Counted from the first letter of the stretch, positions 9,146 to 18,384 are shown. The stretch: 41,560 nucleotides of DNA from a candidate division WOR-3 bacterium (GCA_039801885.1 JBDRVN010000009.1:1-41560); one strand, 5' to 3'. The notes: a model not told the origin generated them from the sequence alone. Program-made: numbers and translations.

Positions 9146-10633
9146 TTATGAAATCCGAGCAAATACTTTCTCTTCCAATTCCTTTAATAGTTTTTCGCCT
9201 TCTTTTAAAAGGGATATGCTTTTTTCTTTTTTCTCTTTTTTAAATTTTTCGTCTTTTAAAGAGATAAGATTGATTAAGACATTATAATAAGCACCTTTCA
9301 TTGCCGAATATAATAAATTTATGCCCACTCCACAATCAGAAATAGCATTCTTATTGCCGTGTTCAGCAATAAAAGGAGATAGTTTTAAAACTTCTAAAGA
9401 TTTCTCCATTACTTCAAAAGGAACAGCAATTGCTTCTTTTAATGCTTGTTCAATTTTATTTTCTTCTTTTTTCTTAAAGGCATCCATTACCCGATTAAAG
9501 GCATCACAATCTAATTGGATAAGATTATAAAACCTCTGGGCATAAACATCTAACTTGCTTCTTAATTCTTTCATTTTATCTTCGTATTCTATATAAGCCT
9601 TTTTACCAATCGTTAGATTACAAACCATTATTAATAAAGATGTTCCTAAATTAGCATTCAATGCTGAAACTGCTCCGCCACCAGGAGTTGGTGAAGAAGA
9701 TGCTACTTCCGAAAGAAAAAGAGCAAGACTTTTTGTTTCCGGAAGCCTTAATTCTAATATCTGGTTCTCTTTAAATGTATCTAATTGAAGATAATAGATA
9801 GCAGTATCAATCAACGCCTTTAAAGGAACTAAGCCAACAATCTCTGATTCTTTTATCATTACTCCGTATCTTTCTGCTTCCCTTTTTACCATTTCAAATA
9901 CCCGATATAAAGGCGTCTGTAAGTAATTAGTCATATTTATTGAAACTTGGACACAGTTCTTTTCTTTAATCTCAAAGCCTAACGCCTTTACATATCTTAA
10001 TCCACCATCTTTAAATCTGATTGCTTTAGCAATATTTTTGGCAACATTTAAATCATTTGTATTAAGATTGATATTATAGGCGATCAAAGGAAATCGGGCA
10101 CCAACAACCGTTGCTCCAGCAGTTGGATGGAGTTTTGGTTTCCCAAAGTCCGGTGCTCTTTCGGGATTCTTTTCTATCTCTTCTCTTAAACCTTCAAATT
10201 CTCCTTTTCTAATATTTGCTAAATCAACCCTATCCGGTCTTGTTGCTGCCTGTTCGTATAAGTAAACCGGGATATTTAGTTCATCTGCAATCCTCTTACC
10301 TAATTTCTTTGCCAACTCTACACACTCTTCCATTGTTATTCCCGAAATAGGCACAAAAGGAATAACATCAGTAGCACCAATTCTTGGGTGTTCACCTTTA
10401 TGTTTTGTTAAATCAATTAATTCACTTGCCATTTTCGTTGCCCGAAAGGCTGCTTCTAAACAACTTTCCGGTTCGCCAATAAAAGTAATCACACTCCGAT
10501 TATGGTCCGGATTCATTTCGACATCTAAAAGAAAGACATTCGGCACTGATAATATTGTCTCAACAATTTTATCAACAACTTCTTTTCTTTTACCTTCGGA
10601 AAAATTAGGAACGCATTCAACTATTTTTCGCAT
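9146..10633 (-). CDS. ftcD: Glutamate formiminotransferase / formiminotetrahydrofolate cyclodeaminase fusion
   Basis: VECVPNFSEG, DHNRSV, GEHPRIGATDV, RKGEFEGL, VQVSINMTN and cyclodeaminase motif SSSPTPGGGAV. Start set at ATG 10633. Confidence 0.95.
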   Translation of the reverse strand: MRKIVECVPNFSEGKRKEVVDKIVETILSVPNVFLLDVEMNPDHNRSVITFIGEPESCLEAAFRATKMASELIDLTKHKGEHPRIGATDVIPFVPISGITMEECVELAKKLGKRIADELNIPVYLYEQAATRPDRVDLANIRKGEFEGLREEIEKNPERAPDFGKPKLHPTAGATVVGARFPLIAYNINLNTNDLNVAKNIAKAIRFKDGGLRYVKALGFEIKEKNCVQVSINMTNYLQTPLYRVFEMVKREAERYGVMIKESEIVGLVPLKALIDTAIYYLQLDTFKENQILELRLPETKSLALFLSEVASSSPTPGGGAVSALNANLGTSLLIMVCNLTIGKKAYIEYEDKMKELRSKLDVYAQRFYNLIQLDCDAFNRVMDAFKKKEENKIEQALKEAIAVPFEVMEKSLEVLKLSPFIAEHGNKNAISDCGVGINLLYSAMKGAYYNVLINLISLKDEKFKKEKKEKSISLLKEGEKLLKELEEKVFARIS

Positions 10634-10638
10634 AAAAA

Positions 10639-10666
10639 ATAATAATAAAAATAATTGAAAATTCAA
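10639..10666 (-). promoter_or_regulatory. Putative sigma70 promoter directly before the ftcD start codon
   Basis: TTGAAT-16 nt-TATTAT, then 5 nt to ATG, with no SD. Confidence 0.45.
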
Positions 10667-10729
10667 TTAATTTTTAGAATAACATTACGAGAAAGATTGG
10701 ATTTTTAGTAGTTTTAAAAGGAGGTTAAA

Positions 10730-11200
10730 ATGGAGAGAAATGAAAGAGTTTTTCTTATTAGAAGTTTAATATTTATTAGTCTCTTAACTCTTCTCTGGAT
10801 AATTGTTGGTATCAAAACCTTTCCTTATTTTGGACTTCTCATTCTAGTCGGTTTTTGTTTTAGCACTCTTTTCTATTTGATAAGCACATCGGAAATAAGC
10901 GAAAAAAGGAAATATCTCTTTATTAGATTGTTAATAATTATTCCTTTATTTATTGGCGTTATTCTCTTAATCTTAAAAAGAAAAATTAAATCATCAGCCG
11001 AGATAATATTATTAGCAATAATTATCTGGACTATCTTTCTTGCGATTTTTACCAAACCAAAACTTGTGAAAGAACCTAAAAGTTTTACTGATTTTGAAGG
11101 TTTAAAAATCAAAAGCCTTTCGGATTTTCTCTGGTTCTTAACAGTCTTATTAATACTTCTTTTTCTTCTTCTTTTAGGATTAGGCTTAATTAGATTTTAA
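10730..11200 (+). CDS. Hypothetical integral membrane protein (~5 TM)
   Basis: Strong SD AAGGAGG and five hydrophobic segments separated by basic loops. Confidence 0.75.
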   Translation: MERNERVFLIRSLIFISLLTLLWIIVGIKTFPYFGLLILVGFCFSTLFYLISTSEISEKRKYLFIRLLIIIPLFIGVILLILKRKIKSSAEIILLAIIIWTIFLAIFTKPKLVKEPKSFTDFEGLKIKSLSDFLWFLTVLLILLFLLLLGLGLIRF

Positions 11201-11690
11201 AAATAAACATTAATATCACCAACCATACCGGCAATTTTTGATAAATTAAATACCAATTCCTCTTTGCGATTTTGTTTACATAAATAAAATTCTTTTTTAT
11301 AATATTTAGTTTTATTTTAACATGCCATTTATTTTATTTATTCCTTTGTCAGATGTCTCATCTGTATAGCCCATCTCTAATAAGTCATTTAAACCTTCCA
11401 CAATTCTCAAAGATGTACTTATGATTAAAGCAGTTAATAGTAATTTCACTATAATTACTAATAAAGCGGTAATTATTACCGTTAATAAAAATATTATTAT
11501 TCCCACTAATAAAATTATTATTATCCATACAATGGAGCCCTACCCTGTATCGTTCCCTCCACAGGGATTTTTTATTTCCTTGTGTAAATTTTTTTCTCAT
11601 TTTCTTCTAATTCCCTTATCATTTTAATTGTTAAATTTGCTTTTAAATACCTGACTACCGATTTTAAATCTTTTGCTTATTGAATATCAT
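11200..11690 (-). pseudogene. Probable decayed gene remnant (fragmented frames including a hydrophobic segment)
   Basis: Promoter-like TTTACT-17-TATATT and SD AGGTGAGG precede ATG 11690, which stops after 8 codons. Short protein-like frames follow (KDLKSVVRYLKANLTIKMIRELEENEKK; WIIIILLVGIIIFLLTV...). Confidence 0.35.
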
Positions 11691-11829
11691 TATTTTTTAA
11701 ACCCTCACCTTAATAATATAATCAAAATTGTTTTGACAGTAAATGGACAAATAGGGTCATTTGGGGCTAAATTGCGACATTATGTTTTTTAAATTATCAA
11801 TAAATTTTAGGTTAACACTTGTTTTTATA

Positions 11830-11857
11830 TTGAAAAATATTGTCAATTTAGTAAAAT
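11830..11857 (+). promoter_or_regulatory. Putative sigma70 promoter of the FG-GAP-birA-coaX operon
   Basis: TTGAAA-16 nt-TAAAAT, 9 nt before ATG 11867. Confidence 0.5.
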
Positions 11858-11866
11858 TATAAAGGA

Positions 11867-13366
11867 ATGTTTGTTTTGATATTTTTGGGAATTTTTTATA
11901 TTCCCTTACCCAATTCACCTTCTTGGGTTTCTATTGATAACGATTACTCTACCGGTGGTGGTTTTTGGGATATTGACAATAATTCTTATATTGATTTTGT
12001 AACCAGTAATGGTAATGATATGGCATTAAATAGAAACGGAGTTTATTTTAATTATAATGGTGAATTGGAAAGGACTTGTTCTTGGCGCAGTGCCGATTCC
12101 GGATATTTTGGTCATTTATATTTAGGAGATGTTAATTATGATGGTAATTTTGATTTGGCAGTTAGTTATTTAGGTATGGGTAATAATAGTGGTAAGATAA
12201 GAATTTATTTGAATACCGGCACAGGTCTAAATCCTTTGCCTTATTGGCAATCAAGGGAGAATTTGCATTCTTTTGATTGTTGTTTAGGTGATTATGACTT
12301 GGATGGCGATTTGGATTTAGCAGTTGCCTGTGGTGATGCTTATAATAATATTAAAGAGCCAGCAAGGATTTTCAAGAATAATAATGGCATTTTTGATACT
12401 TTGCCCATTTGGGTTTCTTTGGATTCTTCGCCTTCGGATGCGATAAAATTTGTTGATATTAATAATGATGGTTATTTAGATTTGGTTTCTGGCCATAGAA
12501 GAAAGATAAATATTTATATTTCTAATAACGGCAATATTTCTGAAAGACCAACAATAAGTTTTTCAGTAGTTGGTTGGGTAATAAGAATGGCGGTTGGTGA
12601 TTATAATAATGATGGCTATTATGATTTGGCAGTTGCTTGTAATGGACAATTAAGTGGTGACCGTTCTCGGATTCTTATCTATAGAAATAATTTCGGAAGT
12701 CTTGATACAATTCCGGAATATACTCTTTTAACCAATACGAGATATTCTTCGGTTGTTGCCTTTGGCGATTTAAATGGTGATGGTTATTTGGAACTTGCTT
12801 GTGGTGGTTGGTGGGAAAGTGCTTCTCTTTTTGAAAATTATTCGGGTTCTTATTTACCAACACCCCAATGGTCTTATAATTGGGGAAATAATTTGGTTTG
12901 TGAGAATATTATGTTTGGTTGTATAAGAAATGACCATTTGGTTGATACCAGTGAGATAATAATTGGCAATGGCGAAAGAAGATTATTTAATATTAAAAAG
13001 ATACCTATTCAGAAACTTAATTCCGTCTCTATTAATGGCAGAAGATTGAATTGGCAAGAATTTAGCTTTGATTATTTAACTGGTTATTTTAGTTTTTCTT
13101 TTACACCACAAATTGGTGAGACGATTATTATTAATTATACCTATTCGCCTTTTTCTGATTTGGGAATAACCAATTGGGATAGGAGTAATGGTAATCTTTT
13201 ATTTTTGAATACTACCGGTAGCGGAATTGTTTTAGAAGATAATCGTTTAAATAAAGGGTGGTTAAGGGTAAGTGGCTTTTATAATATCTTTGGTCAGAAA
13301 GTAAATTTAATAGAAAAGAAAGGAGTTTATTTTGTTAATAATAAAAAGATTGTGAAAATCAAATGA
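11867..13366 (+). CDS. Secreted FG-GAP/VCBS repeat beta-propeller protein with short T9SS-like tail
   Basis: Repeated GDxNxDGxxDL motifs (GDVNYDGNFDL, GDYDLDGDLDL, GDYNNDGYYDL, GDLNGDGYLEL) and tail FYNIFGQKV..KKGVYFV..KKIVK. Confidence 0.9.
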   Translation: MFVLIFLGIFYIPLPNSPSWVSIDNDYSTGGGFWDIDNNSYIDFVTSNGNDMALNRNGVYFNYNGELERTCSWRSADSGYFGHLYLGDVNYDGNFDLAVSYLGMGNNSGKIRIYLNTGTGLNPLPYWQSRENLHSFDCCLGDYDLDGDLDLAVACGDAYNNIKEPARIFKNNNGIFDTLPIWVSLDSSPSDAIKFVDINNDGYLDLVSGHRRKINIYISNNGNISERPTISFSVVGWVIRMAVGDYNNDGYYDLAVACNGQLSGDRSRILIYRNNFGSLDTIPEYTLLTNTRYSSVVAFGDLNGDGYLELACGGWWESASLFENYSGSYLPTPQWSYNWGNNLVCENIMFGCIRNDHLVDTSEIIIGNGERRLFNIKKIPIQKLNSVSINGRRLNWQEFSFDYLTGYFSFSFTPQIGETIIINYTYSPFSDLGITNWDRSNGNLLFLNTTGSGIVLEDNRLNKGWLRVSGFYNIFGQKVNLIEKKGVYFVNNKKIVKIK

Positions 13367-14070
13367 AGATAAAAGATATTTTCTTTTTTGATAAGGTTTT
13401 CAGCACCCAGATTTTGGCAAAGGAATTTATTCCTTATAAAAGAAATTTAATGATTGTTGCTAACGAACAAGAAGGTGGTTACGGTCGTTATCAACGTCAT
13501 TGGTATTCGCCAATTGGTGGTTTATACTTCTCTTTATTATTAAATTTAGAAGATAAAGAGCTATTCTCTCTTTTTGATATTCTTTTTCATATATTAAAAA
13601 GTATTATTCTTGCTTGTGAAGAGACATTTGATTTAAATGAGAAATTACAAATTAAATGGCCTAATGATATCTATTACGAAGATAGAAAATTATCGGGAAT
13701 ATTACAAGAAAAATATAATTTATCTTTAATTTTGGGCTGCGGCATAAATTTAAATAATGATAAATTTCCTAAAGAGATAAAAAATGCTATTTCTTTAAAA
13801 GAGATTTTAAAAAGGGAGATAAGTTCAAATGAGAAAATTCTTTTTATTGAAAATATTTTACAAAAGATAAATTACGAAAAGATTGTAAAAGAAGAATTAT
13901 TAAATTTCTTAAAAGAGAGAAATTATTTGAAAGATAAGAAAGTTAAAATCCAACTTTCTCAAAAAAAAGAAATTGTTAGCGTTTGTTTGGATATTGACAA
14001 AGATTATTCTTTGGTTTTAGAAAAGGGAGTAAAAATATTTAGTGGGGAAGTAGAAAAGGTATATTTATGA
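13363..14070 (+). CDS. birA: Biotin-protein ligase, no N-terminal HTH
   Basis: STQ, EQEGGYGR...W.SP.GGLYFSL, IKWPNDI, KLSGIL, GCGINL. Confidence 0.92.
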   Translation: MKIKDIFFFDKVFSTQILAKEFIPYKRNLMIVANEQEGGYGRYQRHWYSPIGGLYFSLLLNLEDKELFSLFDILFHILKSIILACEETFDLNEKLQIKWPNDIYYEDRKLSGILQEKYNLSLILGCGINLNNDKFPKEIKNAISLKEILKREISSNEKILFIENILQKINYEKIVKEELLNFLKERNYLKDKKVKIQLSQKKEIVSVCLDIDKDYSLVLEKGVKIFSGEVEKVYL

Positions 14071-14810
14071 ATTCTTTATCTTGCGATATTGGCAATAGTC
14101 TCACTAAATTTGGTCTTTTTAAAGATGATAACTTAATAATGGTTATGAATATTAAAACAAAAGATTTATCAAAAGATAAGAGATATTTTTTCTTTTTAGA
14201 TAAAGTTAAAGATGTTATAATTTCTTCGGTGGTTCCCAAGGCAAAGGAGATTTTAGTAAGAGAGATTAAAGGTTTTAACAAAAAGATAAAAATTTATTCG
14301 CTCAGTAATTTGAAGATTGATTTTGATTATTCCTTATATGAGAAAAATAGATTGGGTGAAGACCGGATTGCCGGTTGTTATTATGTATATAAATTTTATA
14401 AGAAAAATGGGATTGTTTGCGATTTAGGAAGTGCGACAACCTTTTCTTGTGTAAAAAAAGAGGGAGTTTTTATTGGTGGTTTGATTTTACCGGGAATATT
14501 AAATAGTTATTATACTCTTTTTCAAATTAAAAAAATTGTTAGAGATAACTTTATTTTTAACAGAAAGATTGAGCCAAAAGCCCTATCACCAAAAATGGCA
14601 GTTTTTGAAGGGATTAAATTTTTTGTTTTAGAAGGATTATCTTTTCTAATAAAAAGATATAAAAAGATGGTTGGCAAAGATTTTAAGCTTTTTTTAACCG
14701 GTGGTTTATCTTTTATTTTTCATCGGTATCTTAAAGGGGTTGATTATTTTGAACCTTATCTTATTTTAAAGGGGTTAAATCTTATTTTAAAGGAGGTTTT
14801 ATGGGATTAG
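14067..14810 (+). CDS. coaX: Type III pantothenate kinase
   Basis: DIGNS, SSVVP, LGEDR, DLGSATT, GGLILPG, TGG; adjacent to birA. Confidence 0.93.
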   Translation: MNSLSCDIGNSLTKFGLFKDDNLIMVMNIKTKDLSKDKRYFFFLDKVKDVIISSVVPKAKEILVREIKGFNKKIKIYSLSNLKIDFDYSLYEKNRLGEDRIAGCYYVYKFYKKNGIVCDLGSATTFSCVKKEGVFIGGLILPGILNSYYTLFQIKKIVRDNFIFNRKIEPKALSPKMAVFEGIKFFVLEGLSFLIKRYKKMVGKDFKLFLTGGLSFIFHRYLKGVDYFEPYLILKGLNLILKEVLWD

Positions 14811-15322
14811 TTGGTGTTTTTTTAGATGTTCAAAATATTCAAGAGACCTTTGAAAGACAAGGGAAAGAAGTAAGGTATGATGTTTTGAAAAGAAATATAA
14901 TTATTTTGGGAAAAAGAGAGGAAGATGAATATAAGTTTATCGCCTTTGTTCCTTACAAAAGAGAAGATGAAAGAAGACAGCGGTTGATTGATGCCCTTTC
15001 TTTTCAAGGTTATCGAGTTGTTGCTAAGCAGACAAGAGAGAGATTAGACGGCAGCATTAAAGCGAATATGGATATTGAGATAACTTTAGAAGTTTTATCA
15101 ATGGTTAATTATCTTGATGAGATAATTCTTATTACCGGTGATGGTGATTTTGTGCCTTTGGTTGATTATATCTCTAAATTAGGAAAGAGGGTGATAATAA
15201 TTGGTTTAGGAAGGGGATATACTTCGGTAGAATTGATTCGGGCCTGTGATGAATATTACAATATGGATGAGATGGAAGGAGTGATTAAGGAGGTTTATCC
15301 CGGTTCTCTAAAAGAAGAATGA
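14801..15322 (+). CDS. NYN-domain (LabA/DUF88, PIN-like) protein
   Basis: FLDVQN, KANMDIEI, ITGDGDFVPL, TSVEL..ACD. Confidence 0.9.
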   Translation: MGLVGVFLDVQNIQETFERQGKEVRYDVLKRNIIILGKREEDEYKFIAFVPYKREDERRQRLIDALSFQGYRVVAKQTRERLDGSIKANMDIEITLEVLSMVNYLDEIILITGDGDFVPLVDYISKLGKRVIIIGLGRGYTSVELIRACDEYYNMDEMEGVIKEVYPGSLKEE

Positions 15323-15975
15323 TTTTGGCATTAGATACCAGTTCGCCTAATTGCGAGCTCTCTTTTTTAAAAGATGGGAAAGAAGTTTTCTCCATCTTTG
15401 CTGATACCCAATCTAAACACGAAAAAAATCTCATTTCTCTTATTGATTTTTCTCTTAAATATTTAAATATTTCTTTAAAGGATATTGAATTGATTGGAGT
15501 AAGTATCGGACCGGGAAATTTTACTGCTTTAAGGGTTGGTCTGGCTACTTCTTTTGGGCTTTCTTATCCTCATAATATTCCCATAAAAGGGATAAATACC
15601 TTAGATGCGTTGTATCATACCTGTTTATACTATTTTGAAAAAATGGAGAAAGAAAGAATTGTCTGCGTAATTGATGCCAAAAGGGAAAGTCTTTATACCG
15701 CAGTTTATCAAGAGAAAAAATTGATTGGTGATTATCAGTTAGTACCAATAAACGAGTTTCCTAATCTTTTTCCTTATAAAGAGATTTCCTTTGTTTGTGG
15801 CAGTGGTATTCTTTTTTATCCGGAATTATTTGGAGAATATAAAAAGATAAATATCTATTATCCTAAAGCGAAAATTATTGGTTTGCTTGCTAGTAAAGCC
15901 AAAAAAGAAAATAATTTAGATAATCCTTTCTCTCTTTCTCCCTTTTATCTAAAAGAACCGGATATTAGAAAATGA
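15319..15975 (+). CDS. tsaB: tRNA t6A biosynthesis protein TsaB
   Basis: ILALDTS, GVSIGPGNFTALRVG, IDAKR, C-terminal PFYLK. Confidence 0.92.
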   Translation: MILALDTSSPNCELSFLKDGKEVFSIFADTQSKHEKNLISLIDFSLKYLNISLKDIELIGVSIGPGNFTALRVGLATSFGLSYPHNIPIKGINTLDALYHTCLYYFEKMEKERIVCVIDAKRESLYTAVYQEKKLIGDYQLVPINEFPNLFPYKEISFVCGSGILFYPELFGEYKKINIYYPKAKIIGLLASKAKKENNLDNPFSLSPFYLKEPDIRK

Positions 15976-16862
15976 GAATTGTTTATCTCTCAGCATCAAT
16001 TTGCGGTTATGAATGGTTAAAAGAGATTCTTTTAAATAAGGAGTGTCAAGTAGTAGCAATTATTACTTTGAATAAATCTGCTAAAACAAAAATGTATGAT
16101 GGGATAGAAAATGAAAGGTGGCAAGAATTTTCTTTACCGGTTTATGAAATTTTTGATATTAATAAAGAGGTTTTTCTTTTGAAAAGTTTAAAAGGAGATT
16201 GTTTAATTGTTGGTGGTTGGCGACAGATTATTGGCAGGGAAGTTCTTTCTTTATTTAAAAAAGGGGTTATTGGCTTCCATCCAACTTTATTACCAAAAGG
16301 AAGAGGTCCAAGTCCGATAATCAATTCCATAATGGCGGGAATAAGGGAGAGCGGTTTAACAATGTTTTATTATACCGAAAAACTTGATGCCGGTCCGATA
16401 ATTGGTCAAAAAGAATTTATTATTGAGGATGATGATTATGCCTGGGATGTTTACAAAAAAGAGATTGAAAAAGGAAAAGAATTAATAAGGGAATACTTAC
16501 CTTTAATAATTAATGATAAAGTAAAACCACGATTACAAGATGAAAGATTTGCTACCTATTTTCCGAAACTTGATAAAAAGGTCTTTAATGAGATAAATTT
16601 AAAAGATGGTTTAATTTATAATTATCGGAAAATTCGGGCATTATCCAAATACGGGAAAAAGGAGTTAGGACTCTTATCTTACGAAGGTGCCTATTTCTAT
16701 TACAATAATAAAAAGATAATTGTCTGGAAAGCCTTGCCAAAAGAGGAAAATTTTGATGGCTTAAAATTAGATTTTCCAGAGGGTTCATTATTTTTAGAAA
16801 AGATTGAGATTGATAAAAAAGAGTATGAGGGCTTTCAAAAAAAGTTTAGCGAGATTATTTAA
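15972..16862 (+). CDS. N10-formyl-THF-dependent formyltransferase (sugar N-formyltransferase-like)
   Basis: GFHPTLLPKGRGPSPI, SGLTMF, LDAGPI. Lacks the N-terminal FMGTP motif of Fmt. Confidence 0.85.
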   Translation: MRIVYLSASICGYEWLKEILLNKECQVVAIITLNKSAKTKMYDGIENERWQEFSLPVYEIFDINKEVFLLKSLKGDCLIVGGWRQIIGREVLSLFKKGVIGFHPTLLPKGRGPSPIINSIMAGIRESGLTMFYYTEKLDAGPIIGQKEFIIEDDDYAWDVYKKEIEKGKELIREYLPLIINDKVKPRLQDERFATYFPKLDKKVFNEINLKDGLIYNYRKIRALSKYGKKELGLLSYEGAYFYYNNKKIIVWKALPKEENFDGLKLDFPEGSLFLEKIEIDKKEYEGFQKKFSEII

Positions 16863-17730
16863 TAATATAAATAAAGAATACTTTTATAAAAAACCTTATT
16901 ATCGTTTAAAGGATATTTATCAAGAATTAAAAAGAGAAAAAAATCTTTTTATTCTTTTTGATGAGAAAGAAAATATTTTGGGAATAGGGAAGGTTAAAAA
17001 ATTGGATTGGGATAAAAAGGTTTTTGGTTTTGCTTGTGGTCGAATTGAATATTTGATTTTTAGAAAAGATACTGATAATCTCTTAAAAGAATTTTTTATT
17101 AAAGAAATTTTAGAGATAAATAAGAATAAAAAATTTTTAGATATTAGTATTGATGAAAAAGATACGGATTTAAGAAAAATTTTGATAAAATTAGGTTTTA
17201 AAGAAATGGTAAAATATGTAACTTATTTTATAAGATTACCAATAAAATTTAATGATATTTCAATAATAATTGAGCCAGTTAAAAAAAATGAATTAAAGGA
17301 ATTGGAAAGAATAAGTGCCAATTCTTTTCTATATACCCGGTTTTATCAAGATAAAAATTTCAAAAGAGAATTGGTAAAAAAGTTTTATCAAAAATGGGTT
17401 AGAAGTTCTTTTAATAATAAAAATCACCAAATTTTTGTTTCTAAGATAAATAATAAACCTGTTGGTTTTATTGATTGTCAGAGTTTAAAATTAAGTAAAA
17501 AAAAGATTGGCATTATTGATTTAATTGCGGTAAAAAAAGAATATCAAGGAAGAGGGATTGGTAAGAGTTTAGTGAAAAAAGGATTGGAATACTTCCAAAA
17601 GAAAAAAATAAAAGAAGTATATGTTGAAACCGAGAAAGAAAATTTATCTGCCTTGCGGCTATATAAAAGTTTAGGAATGAAAATAATTGGCAAAAGAATT
17701 ACTTTTCATTTTTGGTATGGAAAAAGATAG
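16825..17730 (+). CDS. GNAT acetyltransferase, WecD (dTDP-fucosamine acetyltransferase)-like
   Basis: LDWD..FG, F.YTRFYQD, FYQKWV, acetyl-CoA motif QGRGIG, N..ALRLY..LG. ATG 16825 preferred to TTG 16804. Confidence 0.8.
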   Translation: MRAFKKSLARLFNNINKEYFYKKPYYRLKDIYQELKREKNLFILFDEKENILGIGKVKKLDWDKKVFGFACGRIEYLIFRKDTDNLLKEFFIKEILEINKNKKFLDISIDEKDTDLRKILIKLGFKEMVKYVTYFIRLPIKFNDISIIIEPVKKNELKELERISANSFLYTRFYQDKNFKRELVKKFYQKWVRSSFNNKNHQIFVSKINNKPVGFIDCQSLKLSKKKIGIIDLIAVKKEYQGRGIGKSLVKKGLEYFQKKKIKEVYVETEKENLSALRLYKSLGMKIIGKRITFHFWYGKR

Positions 17731-18379
17731 AGTATTAATAATTGTTGCCCATCCGGATGACGAAGTTTTGGGAATGGGCGGAACGATTGCTAAATATTCT
17801 TCTTTAAAAGATTTTTATCTTTTAATTCTTACTGATGGTGTATCTGCGCGCAATAAAAGGTTAATAAAAAGACAAGAAGAGAACGCTCAAAAAGCCGGTT
17901 CTTTTTTAGGGATTAAAGAAATTTATTTTGCCCGATTTTTAGATGAGCAATTAGATAGCTATCCTTTATTAAAAATTATCAAAAAGATTGAAGAAGGGAT
18001 AAAGAAAGTAAAACCAAAAGAAATTTATACCCATTTTCCTTATGATGTCAACCAAGACCACCAAATAACTAATAAGGCAGTTTTGATTGCCTGTCGTCCT
18101 TTATTTAATTCCTCAATTAAAAAAATTTTTACCTTTGAAATTCCTGGTTCTACTGAATGGAATTTTCCAAATAATTTTTCTCCTAATTATTATGAAGTTT
18201 TAACGGAAAATGAGATTAATAAAAAGATTTCTGCTTTTAAATTTTATGAAAAGGAAGTAAAAAAATTTTTTCACCCCCGAAGTGAAGAAGGAATAGTGAA
18301 TAAAGCCAAAATGCGTGGTTTGGAAATAGGTTTTTCCTATGCCGAAGCCTTTTATTTAATTAGAGAAATAGTTAATTAA
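17717..18379 (+). CDS. PIG-L/LmbE family de-N-acetylase
   Basis: VAHPDDEVLGMGGT, DVNQDH, HPRS, RG...YAEAF. ATG 17717 overlaps the upstream stop. Confidence 0.9.
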   Translation: MEKDRVLIIVAHPDDEVLGMGGTIAKYSSLKDFYLLILTDGVSARNKRLIKRQEENAQKAGSFLGIKEIYFARFLDEQLDSYPLLKIIKKIEEGIKKVKPKEIYTHFPYDVNQDHQITNKAVLIACRPLFNSSIKKIFTFEIPGSTEWNFPNNFSPNYYEVLTENEINKKISAFKFYEKEVKKFFHPRSEEGIVNKAKMRGLEIGFSYAEAFYLIREIVN

Positions 18380-18384
18380 TATCT

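Noticed and set aside
10634-10666. ORF-track TTG start for ftcD
   Set aside because: The family begins at M..IVECVPN, and the extension coincides with promoter-like sequence.
11440-11530. Short repeats as a CRISPR array
   Set aside because: The repeats are degenerate and contiguous, with no unique spacers and no cas genes.
14801-15322. NYN protein as a toxin or defence nuclease
   Set aside because: Typical stand-alone LabA/DUF88 inside a housekeeping operon, with no antitoxin or defence context.
15972-16862. Calling the formyltransferase fmt
   Set aside because: It lacks the N-terminal FMGTP motif and sits with sugar-modifying genes.
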